From the NCBI GenBank assembly GCA_964016885.1, contig OZ024745.1, positions 56,172,001-56,236,000 on the forward strand: DNA of 64,000 nucleotides. Direction: 5' to 3'. Positions within the stretch are counted from its first letter, which is position 1. The number at the start of each line of letters is the position of its first letter. The translations under genes and the position numbers were made by a program. Source of the DNA: Eledone cirrhosa (lineage: Eukaryota). Below, in pieces: positions 53,326-64,000 of this stretch. Below the pieces are notes generated by a model. That model searched no databases and was not told the DNA's origin. It saw only the letters and a program-made list of their open reading frames with translations.

Positions 53326-54009
53326 ACATGGTTCAATCCTCCCCACAACGCCGAGGTGACAACTCCCATCGGGAAAATTTTCTTTAGGCTCATTGAAAAA
53401 CACTTCCCACCACAACACCGCTACCACAACATAATTAACAAAAATACCATCAAACTCTCTTACAGCACTACACCTAACTTCGCACAAAACATCGTCTCCT
53501 CCAACAACAAAAAACTCAACCCCGATGGAAGAAACAACCCAAATAGCAGTGGAGAGCCGACCAGGAGGTGCAATTGTCCTGATAGATCCAGTTTCCCCCT
53601 CGACAACAGATGCAGAGACCGTAATGTGATCTACCAGTGCAACGTGAGCACGGACACCTCCAACAAAGCTTATATAGGATTAACCGCATGTGACTTCAAG
53701 ACCCGGCTATACCAACACAGACATACCTTCCGAAACCCGGCCCGGCGTCACGCCACTACATTTTCGGGCCACATATGGGACCTCAAGGACAACAATATCA
53801 ACTATGATCTCACTTGGAAATTACCGTCCAGAGCCAACTCTTACACCGGGGGACGCCGTCCGTGCAATTTATGCTCGGAGGAAACTTTACAAATGCTGTT
53901 TTCGACGGACCAACTCCTAAACAAGAAAGATGAACTGGTTACTGCATGTAAACACCGATTACGTAGGACTTACCTCGCCCTCAAACCCCATAATGACCCG
54001 GGGGGGTAG
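53326..54009 (+). pseudogene. GIY-YIG endonuclease fragment, PLE family A
   Basis: Nearly identical to the C-terminal ~225 aa of 16877-19030. Confidence 0.9.
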
Positions 54010-55066
54010 ACTAGGGCTATAACACCCCACTTGCCTATTTTGTAATGGGTAACCCCTGCTTGCCAATGGAGACGTAGATCTTCTTTTACATTCTTTTATC
54101 GCTTCCTCTATATTTCCTTCTTCCCACCATCCCCCCCTAGTCCTTCTACCCCAGTTCCTTTTCTTTGTCGTCGTCTTTTTCTCGCCCACCCGAGGTAGCC
54201 CCCCGGTCCCTTGTAGCTTCAACACCCCCACCCCCTTCCCCTATTCTATGATAGATTTGGCTGACTCTGCTTTTTATAGCAGAGGTGTTAGACTTTGGAT
54301 ACTTGCCCCCTTCTCCGACCGATGTCCCTTTTTTCCGTGCCTTCTATATTTCTTAGTGGCATCTTTGCTTAAATTTCTCGTTTATCCAGTATTTCTTTCT
54401 TCTTTTTCCCTTTTGTTTAGGGGGGGGGGTCTGTATTAATTTTCCGTTCTTTACTTTTACTTCGTACGATCTTTCATGTAGCGTGTATAAGACTTTTTGT
54501 TTCGTGGCGGTACCCTTAGAGTGAGCACTAGTATTTTTTTGCGGGTCCCTAAATTATATTCTCGTACTAGTTTACTTTCTTGCACTGGGTGGTTGCTGGC
54601 CCTGTGATTGGGGTAGAAACCTATATTATTTCGTGGCAGTCTCTTTAGTATTTTATTCTTCATTATATATATTTTTAAATTTATTTATCTATTCTTTTAT
54701 TCACGTATTTGTTTATTTATTTATTTATGTATTTCTTTAGCCTAGCAATAGCGAGAGACTTAAGTCTTAGTAACCAGACTTTGCTTATTTTTTTTCTCTC
54801 TCAGTACTGTTTATAGTTTTACCTTTCTTTGTTCTACTTACCGTTTCGAATTCCTCCCCCTCCCTCTCCCCAGTATACATTTGACCTCACGCCCAGCTGT
54901 AGCCGGCACTACCAACGCATGAATGGGTCTACTCCACCCCCTCTCCCTTTTTCTCCTACCGGCAGGTTTAGCTACCCCTTCCCCCACCAACTTGCCATCA
55001 CCGATTTACTACTAACTTGTGATGTGACCAATCCTGGTGATTGTCTCTTTGACCATATATGGAATT

Positions 55067-55160
55067 ACCCCTTGATAAGCTCGGCTATTTAAATACCAGA
55101 ATAAATTTTCATTCAGTCCAGAATTAGCCGTCGAAACGGCTTGAGCTCAGCCGTCGGGGT
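55067..55160 (+). ncRNA. type I hammerhead ribozyme, U3:A8 variant (family A)
   Basis: ACCCC-TTGATAA-..CGGCTA...TAGCCG..-GAAA-CGGCT tgagctc AGCCG-TC-GGGGT. Confidence 0.8.
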
Positions 55161-55171
55161 CTTACTTGTTC

Positions 55172-55222
<51 letters not shown>

Positions 55223-55229
<7 letters not shown>

Positions 55230-55590
55230 GTAAAAGGACGAATTGTTAGGCCTTCATTACGTTTATTGAGTAGTGACGCGTGTTTCGCTATTGATCAGTT
55301 CAAGGTTCGATCTGTATCGATATGGCTCGACTCTGGAAGCAAACGCTCGTCAGACCTCTGCTGAGGTCCGGCCAGCTTTTGATTCCACAATCGGGCCAGT
55401 CGATACAGATCGAACCTTGAGCTGATCAATAGCGAAATGCGTGTCTCTACTCAATAAACGTAATCAAGGCATATTCGTCCTTTTACTATTATATTTACAC
55501 TCTGCTCTAGTCCTACACCTCGTTACAGACGGGAAACTATGCATCGAGTGCTCACTTGGGTGTATCTACAGTAACAGCACGTTACACCCC

Positions 55591-55592
<2 letters not shown>
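55223..55592. mobile_element. fold-back terminal fragment of another HHR-bearing family
   Basis: ~110-bp diverged inverted arms (55223-55338 / 55381-55492) plus a one-sided tail to 55592; (TA)n flanks. Confidence 0.75.
55268..55358 (-). ncRNA. type I hammerhead with enlarged stem II
   Basis: GAGGT-CTGACGA-GC..~55 nt..GC-GAAA-C acgc G-TC-ACtaCTC. Confidence 0.6.
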
Positions 55593-55638
<46 letters not shown>

Positions 55639-55640
<2 letters not shown>

Positions 55641-55850
55641 GTGAGAAAAACCACAGACCCTCCATCTCAACTCACCTTTTGAAAAACAGAAGAACTGCGA
55701 AACCGGTAAAGGAACCAAATAAATATATATATATTTTTTTTAAATAAGACTCCAGTTGCATTTTCGATTTCATCTCTTTTTCTTTATACTTTCACTCGTG
55801 TAGGACACCTCGTTTATTTTTTATTTTGTAAAAAAAACCTCACTTTCTAA
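55639..55850 (+). mobile_element. ~210-bp HHR-bearing non-autonomous element (family S)
   Basis: Second copy of 39837-40048. Confidence 0.8.
55675..55712 (+). ncRNA. minimal type I hammerhead, U3:A8 variant (family S)
   Basis: CCTT-TTGAAAA-aCAG aagaa CTGc-GAAA-CCGG-TA-AAGG. Confidence 0.7.
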
Positions 55851-56364
55851 TATATATATATATATATAATCGTACTAACATTACAGGGGCTGAAATACTA
55901 GGATAAATATAGAAATACTATGAGTTATTTAGAGGAGGTCCACAGATAAGATCAACTCTCCTCACCATGTAGAAATACAACCCAAGACACACAAAGCGCA
56001 CCACTACCTTGGTGCACTAAATTGGCATGATGCCTGTGCACACATTACACTGCACCCAACGACGGTTAAATACAATAAGCTATATAAAGATTTTATACAT
56101 AAATACAACACATACACATGCACACACACACACACACAAACATCACATACTCAAATACACAGCCTATAACAATATGCTACGCCCCAGCAAAAACACGTTT
56201 ACTACAATAATCCATATAACTATACATAGAAAAACACAAACACACAATAGAGAGACATTAACAATTACAATTATAATTACATTAAAAAAATATAAACTTA
56301 CAGATAGAGGAGTCACTTCCCCTGAATAACAATAACACCAGCTTTGTTATAACATTATTACTAT

Positions 56365-56756
56365 GCGGTGGATTGGCAGTATCGGTAGAAGGTCGGACGC
56401 CATGCTTTCCAGCATAGTTACGTCCCTTTACGATCTGAGTTCAAATCCCGCCGAGGTTGACTTTGCCTTTCATCCTTACGGGGTCGATAAAATAAAGTAC
56501 CAGTAATGCACTGGATAATTGCTGGCCTTGTGCCTAAAGTAGAAACAATTATTACTATTTCCATTGGGCGGTGGATTGGCAGTATCGGTAGAGTGTCGAA
56601 CGCCATGCTTTCCAGCATAGTTACGTCCCTTTACGATCTGAGTTCAAATCCCGTCGAGGTTGACTTTGCCTTTTATCCTTACGGGGTCGATAAAATAAAG
56701 TACCAGTAATGCACTGGGTAATTGCTGGCCTTGTGCCTAAAGTAGAAACAATTATT
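56365..56756 (+). mobile_element. two tandem SINE copies
   Basis: 56365-56553 and 56566-56756; ATTATTACTAT(TTCCATTG) repeated at about 56354, 56548 and 56751. Confidence 0.9.
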
Positions 56757-57721
56757 ACTATTTCCATTGCACTTGAGGAAATGTCATATATATATAACAT
56801 CGTTCTTCATGGTATTGCCTGAATGACATGCAACTATAGGAGATACACCATCTTTAAGACTTATCCTAGAGTATGACTTTACACATTAGGTAGCATGCAA
56901 CTGTGTTCAGAAGGTATTTATGATAATATCCTTCAGTGAAATCTGGAATATCGACGTTAATGTGTCTGTTTTGTGGTAAGACGAAACTTTCTTTACGTGT
57001 CTTGTCTTTTGTTCCAAACCTACTACTCAACCCTTAATAAACATGCTAAAATCTATATAGTCAGTAAGACCAAACACATTTATGATTAGACACTACTGGT
57101 GTTTTCGATGATAATTGATTCGTTCCACGGTTGGGGTTGTTCCTCCTCATAGTAAGCATAAACGCTTGATGCTAAGCACTGCACAGACGCGTATACTCTC
57201 TCGGTAGTTAAAGTGACACTGTGTTAAAAGAATGGCACATTAAATTACAAGTACCGTCAATCTAATTTCACTCTCAACGTTTGAATCGAATAGAAGCTAT
57301 GGTAAATGAAACTTGCCTAAATGGTTCAAACTATATGCAGGATACTTAAGATGCCACCCTGTTAATGATTCGGTCATGCTACATCTACTATAGACATATA
57401 TATATATGTATATATCTGAAACTAATTCATAATTTTCCAGTGACTATTGCAGAAAAAGCGCCTTTTATTCGATTTCGTTTTATAGTGTTGAGTTTTACTC
57501 AACAAATTTTCTCTATACTAAACTGTACTGTGTTTTTGATACAGTATATACATGTGTGTATGTGAGCACGTGTAGTTAAATAAGTGTAATCCTTCTTTCA
57601 AATATATGAATTCTCTAGTCACTCTTGTAGCCATATCAATACGTTTGTGCGTATTTAAATATAACATTCATACATGCAACTACATACCACCACACACAAA
57701 CAAATACACAACTACACACTC

Positions 57722-58110
<389 letters not shown>

Positions 58111-60266
58111 TATGCACAATAATAAGTCAAATACTGATGTTATTCAATATAATTAGATTTTCGTGAGCAAATTGTATGTGCCGAAATATATTTCTTTCAA
58201 ACTGTTTCCTGTATACTATTGTTTTTTTGTTTTTGTTTTTGTTTTTGTTTTCTTTTTGACAATTTTGTCTTTATTTATCTGTATATATTGCTTCAAAAAG
58301 CTTTATGTTCCTTTTTAATTACATTATCCCACATTACACCATCACCATAATTATGTCACGTATTTTCAGCTCTTTTCATCTATTTAAAATATTGGTGAAA
58401 TTGGTTAACAGCAAATAGATGCGAAAATAACAAAATTCCTAACAAAACCATCCCTTGAGCATAACCCCTTGTGTTAAGTCTAAAAGAGAATGAACTATTT
58501 CGGTGATAATGCTACACTTGTACTGCTACAAGATATAAATTTTGCGTTGGTTACTGTTTAAATTTTGTTATTTTCATCACCACGCTAATCCCAAATATTC
58601 TATTGTAATTTTACGATGAATAGCTTTAGTATGTTCTTTATGTTATATCTGTTTTGACAGCAGCATTTACTAACGAAATGGTCGCTTGTCTGCTAAACTT
58701 AGAATTATTGCAATTATAAAAGAGTGCAGATCTAGCGTAGATTCTATAGCAGCTGAATAGACCAACTGACAAACCTATTGTGAAAGAAGCTTTATTCTAT
58801 TGCTTAATATTATTATCGGTCGTTTATTGAATTGGCTGTTTTCGCTCAACGAGCTGGCGGTCTCGGTTGGCTGATTTAAGATGAATTGAATGTTAATCTT
58901 TCTCTTGAGGATTTTAGCTTTCAAGATGTTTTGTATGAGGGGTCTCTTAAAACAGTCTTTTCTTACATAGCTCTAGCCCTGCCGATTGCCACTCTCTTGT
59001 GTACGTATTCAGTACAAATAAATAATACATTTCTACATATTGAATGAAAATGTGAACGTTTTGATAAATAGCATATAAGTAAAAAGAATACAAAAAGGGT
59101 CAAATTAGTGTGGACGTCACACTGGAGATATTAGAATATATGAAGGATCGAATTCTACATCGAGCAAGTTGTCTTTATATTTCTGTTAATTTCCTACCAT
59201 TCCTTTTTCCATGTTTGAAGAACCGGATTAACTTCCGTTGCTATTTACTTTCAAATACGTCTGAAACCTACTTTGCGCATGACTTTTATGTTGATATGTG
59301 TGCAAGTCATGTCTGTTTACCGTATGATTTACTGTAAACTTGTAATAGAAAATCTATGACAAAGTTTGAATTAGCATATTAACATATATCAATGTAATAT
59401 TTGGATGTTAATACGAAACACTAAATGCTTCTAGTCGTTAATTTTGTTTTTGTTCATTTCTTTTTGTTTTTTGCTTGTTTGTTTTATTGTATCATTTTAC
59501 ATTAAGATCAAATGGATACACTCTTATAAGAAATGTAGGAATAAGAGGCTGATGAATGGGCAGGCATAAATGTACTTCTTAGAGTTATTACCAGCTTTTA
59601 TATTGATACAAGAAGAATTCAGAAATTATTTAAATCACTTTTGGTACCAAATGTTATTGGATAAAATGCATATTTAAGTTGTGTGGCTTTTCAAGTTATA
59701 AATTGCAATAACGATATAAACATGGTATATATCTATGTTAACATACCTTAACATACCTATGTGTAATGCTTGGACTGGTGTATGAATAGCCATCCTATGC
59801 TATAACAAAACCACGTAAGATATATATGATCAAATCTAAGTTCACCATTTATCTTTCAGGCACATTTCGTATGTTCAGTTTCCCCTCAAATAATCGGATT
59901 CATATTGATATATGAGTTTATGATATATGAACGTTTAATGTTTCATGTGGTCTGTGATTTCTAGATCACACTCTAACATAAATAAAATGCTCAGTATTCG
60001 TGTCGATTGACTATGTATGGCAAAGTGTCGGCATACTCTCGTTTGAGACGTATTTGAACATAGATCTGTTCAGCCAACGATAGCTGAAGGTAGAACAAAA
60101 CAAAACAAATTGCAATTGAAGCCTCGAGTTGGTTTCAGTTTAATATCCTTGGCTGCCAAGCTCATATAAAAAAGAAAGAACAACTGACAGTTCACTGATT
60201 GCTTTTGTCGACGTCATATTGTTTGCAAAATGAAGCTACATTTCTCTAAAAAGGTAAAAAAAGGTG

Positions 60267-60353
<87 letters not shown>

Positions 60354-61298
60354 AAGTATAACAAAAGAAAAGGTGGCAGCTATGTGCGTCAAGGGGATAT
60401 TGAAATATTCGCAACAATTAAAATGTATAAACGTCATTGGACATTGGCCGTCGAAATGTACATTCCCAGTTGCTGGTCCATCCTGTGTTCCTCTGTCTGA
60501 CAAAATAGTTAAATTATGTCCTAGGGGTAATAAAACGAAAATAAATCAGCCAGCCAAATAATCCGTGCTTTACATGATCCAACTTGTTTCTGCTATAATC
60601 ATACTTTCTATTTTTCACTCAGGAGTCTATTAACCAATTTCCCTTTTCAGATATCAAGAGATATTTATGGTAGCTAAATTACATTCAGCTTTTCTCATCG
60701 ATGGTAAGGGTTAATCAGTATATATAGCTGAGCATTGAATAAAAAATGACAAGTATCTAAATTGGTTGACTTGTAGTCAAACGTTCACTTAAACAATGCA
60801 TGCTCGAACTTACAGAGAAAAAATTATATAGTCGATCTATCAACGAGATACTATCACGTAAGAAAGGTATGCAATGAAATTGTACCGATCTATTATTAAA
60901 ACATAATTTGAATTCATATCTAAATAAGAAGACAAATGTTCATTGTTATATTGTTATTACGTGCTATTTAACTCGAAAATATTACTAACATGTAGATTAT
61001 ATAACTCAACCCACACAAAATGTTGGCACTGATACATTACTTATCTGTTCAGTATTTTGAATATTACAATTACAAATACTTATTTACCTGTAACTCAGTT
61101 CCTCGCTAAAACCAAATTACAAACGTATACACAGGAGAAATAATTATGTTGTTTACGAATTCCATCAATAAATTTCATAGAGGATTATATGTATAAATAT
61201 ATAAATATGTATGTCTCTGTGTACGTGTGTCTGTCTGTGTGTGTGTGTTTGAAGTGTGTATGTAAGCATACTCACACACACACACACACACATACATA

Positions 61299-61398
<100 letters not shown>

Positions 61399-62139
61399 GA
61401 GATGGAGAGAGAGAGAGAGAAAGAAAGAGATGTGTGTGTGTGTATGTTCGGATGCTTGTATTAGTGTTTTCTCTGAACGAGATCATAGCTACGATATTAA
61501 TAACTACAATATATATTTAGTTGAGAGTCAATTGAGCGTATAAGTAACAGACATTGTGTTACCAGCTGTTACCTACAAAAACAACAAAACATTAATTTTT
61601 ATGTTTTTTCCATTCTGCTATATTGATGTTGCTTTTACTATTATCTTATTCATTTTAGTTTCATTTTATTGAGAACTTGAGCAAAGCTCTGTCTGTTTTG
61701 AGTACAAGACAGCTTTTATTGTTTCTTTTTTATTCTCAATAATCTATGTAATACGAGTTCATCCAGTAGTAACGATATGTTCAATATGTTGTATATATAT
61801 GTGTAAATCCTGCGACTTTAGATATTTTGGATATGTAAATGAGAGACAACTTCTTTTTAACATTCCCAACGCCCTTATTCTTAAGAAGATTGCCTGCATT
61901 CTGAGTATCACTTTTTCCTAAAGATTTTAAGATAGTTTCTCCAATACAATTTGAAATATAATATCATGCGCTGGAAACCTATCTTTCTTATACTTACTCG
62001 TTTGTCTTTGATATTAGTCAATAAGCAATTTGCCTTAATCTCCCTGACTGTACAGGTCCACAGGAAATGTCTTCTTTGACAACTTATGGAGTATATATTT
62101 ATACTCGTGTTTTTATGCCGCTAAAATTTTAAAAACCTG

Positions 62140-63010
62140 ATGATATAAATAAACATTTTGGCTGAAGGAACTGGGGGAAAATAAAATAAATGTGAAGAAA
62201 AGAATGGTATCCATGCAAGCCAATAAATCCCAATTGGAAAGCTCCTGGACCTGATGGCGTCTGGACCTTAACTGCTAATTGATAAAGAAAATCCTTGCAG
62301 ATTGTAAATGATGGCACTTAACCGTTGGGGTAGGTGCACTATAAAAACAGCTACGAGATGATCCCCCAGAGTTTAATATTTTAGTGTCTGAAACTTACTT
62401 AAGTGCCTTTAGAAAGATCGATGTCCAGTTGGGGAATTGAGTTAATTTCCTGTCTTGGTTTATTTCAGAGAGACAGTTTATCACCACGCTTATTTGTCAT
62501 CTGCAAATCCCCACTGACACAGTCCTGAGAAGTAAGATCAACTACGAAGAAAGTAAGTTTTGGTGGGACTTCATTTAATGCGATAGAAAGGCAAGAAAGC
62601 CAGGTATTTCACTTGTGAACAAGAAGAAAAAAGAGACCTAAATTAACGATATAATTCTCCTAGAAGTCATACAGTGAAAGTTAAAAGGGATAAAAAGATG
62701 GAGGTGTATGAACCACGAAGGTGTCGATTGGAAAGTTGTGGGTGATGAAGAAGGTTTTAGTGATAAGATCATTAGGATGCATATCGGACAGTTTTCAGGA
62801 CTATGCAAATATAATCGGAAAATATGCAAGGATACAGGGCATACAGAAGACAGCACCTTTTGGCACAGTTAGGGTTTTAAGGAAAGTCTTGTCCATGTAA
62901 TGCAGTAAGGGGCCTTAGTCAACCTGTTGGTGACTGCTCTCTAACAGTAATATCCAGATGCTTGAACATCTAAGTGTCTGAGCTTTACAAAAATGAACCG
63001 TAATAATAAC
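62140..63010 (+). pseudogene. heavily deleted R4/Dong-like LINE ending in TAATAATAA
   Basis: NWKAPGPDG; QKTA..GT.RVLRKVL-like C-terminus; TAA tail at about 63001. Confidence 0.55.
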
Positions 63011-63011
63011 A

Positions 63012-63222
63012 CTAATTGTTTCTACTTTAGACAAAAGGCAGCAATTTGTAGGGGAGGGGAAACTCGATTAAATCGAACTCAGTATTTACTGGTACTTTAT
63101 TTTATCGACTCCGTAATGATGAAAGGCAAAACTAACCTCGGAGGGATCTGAACTCATAACGTAAATGGATGTAACTCTATGCCGTGAAGCATGGTGTCCG
63201 TCGCTCTACCAATACTGCCAAA
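63012..63222 (-). mobile_element. tRNA-derived SINE (longer variant)
   Basis: Family match with an extra GTCGATTTAATCGA-like segment. Confidence 0.85.
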
Positions 63223-63229
63223 TAGTAAT

Positions 63230-63830
63230 AGTGAGAACAAGGCAAATAAGATAGTGATGGAATGCTATATCAAAAGTGAAACTACCAGGAGAGGATACAG
63301 GACAAAATGAAAGCAAATGAGAAGTTAACAACAGTGAAAATTGAAGAGATCAGAAGTAAAGTTATATTTGAAATGAATAATGGCTTCAGAGATGTAGATG
63401 TTAGAGTAGAGAATGCTAATCAATCAGAAGAAATGAACAAGTCAGCTTGGCTGGAATAGATATTAATGAAAATGATATTTTGGTGGTCGCAGGAGAAAAA
63501 GGATTGAAGGAAGAGAAATGTAACATTGTGCAACTGCTATCTACAAGGATAAGAAAAGAAGATGATCATTCGCCAAACTTAAGATAGATTGGGAGAAACA
63601 AGGCGAAAGCCATTGCTGGTTAAGTTTACTCGGTGAATGTAATGATTGAACCAGTAAATATCACAGGAAAACAGACTTCTACAGCCTGCTGTATATGTAG
63701 CAGCAGAATTAGGACGATATAAGAAGATGATTGTGGAAAAGATATCTAAAATTGAAGAACTACAATTGAGGAAAAAAATCAGGTTTTTAAAAGATCAGGG
63801 CTGATTTGGGAAAAATAAACAGAATTACAA
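63230..63830 (+). pseudogene. decayed N-terminal region of an R4/Dong-like LINE
   Basis: MECY..S...RRGYR motif; purine-rich coding-like composition similar to 29600-30300. Confidence 0.4.
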
Positions 63831-64000
63831 ATGTAAATGTCCAGAATAAAAAGTTCACATCGATACTAGAGCATGGGCATGGTTTTTATATTACCAATGG
63901 TGTTATTGACGCATTCTACGGCAATCTTGATCTTATCCCATTAGATGTTTTCTATGGGTAGGATAACCGGTGGTAAGTCAACCCGGATGATATCTCTTAA

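Larger units (their letters stand above)
53282..55172 (+). mobile_element. 5'-truncated PLE family A copy with inverted 45-bp 3' tail
   Basis: 53282-53326 is the family A tail (-); 53326-55172 covers the endonuclease ORF end, 3' UTR and HHR; (TA)n flanks. Confidence 0.9.

Noticed and set aside
59542-59581. TAAGAGG-CTGATGA-ATG..CAT-AAA-TG-TA-CTTCTTA hammerhead-like string
   Set aside because: It lacks G12 and stem III, is single-copy and is not TA-flanked; it could be chance

Overview
This is eukaryotic, AT-rich, microsatellite-dense intergenic or intronic DNA, and I can support no host gene in it. The abundant (TA)n and the tRNA-derived SINE suggest a coleoid cephalopod such as Octopus (inference only). 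Most ORF-track entries (YIYI/VCVC/HTHT/SLSL) are microsatellite artefacts. Real coding potential is all retroelement: (i) Penelope-like elements (PLEs; RT plus C-terminal GIY-YIG) inserted in (TA)n, including one intact Hydra-clade-like copy (16877-19030, -) and a 4.8-kb palindromic insertion (45043-49872); (ii) decayed R4/Dong-like and RTE-like LINEs; and (iii) about 14 copies of a tRNA-derived SINE. The main hidden signal is non-coding. By eye I can fold about 10 unrelated families (about 20 copies) of type I hammerhead ribozymes (HHR), nearly all near the ends of TA-embedded inserts. They include non-canonical cores (U3:A8 instead of C3:G8 in two families; U4A in another), a stem II extended to about 100-115 nt with covariation, and a 422-bp terminally redundant ORF-less retrozyme-like element. 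Insertion junctions map reproducibly relative to the ribozymes. All folds were made by eye and activity is untested.
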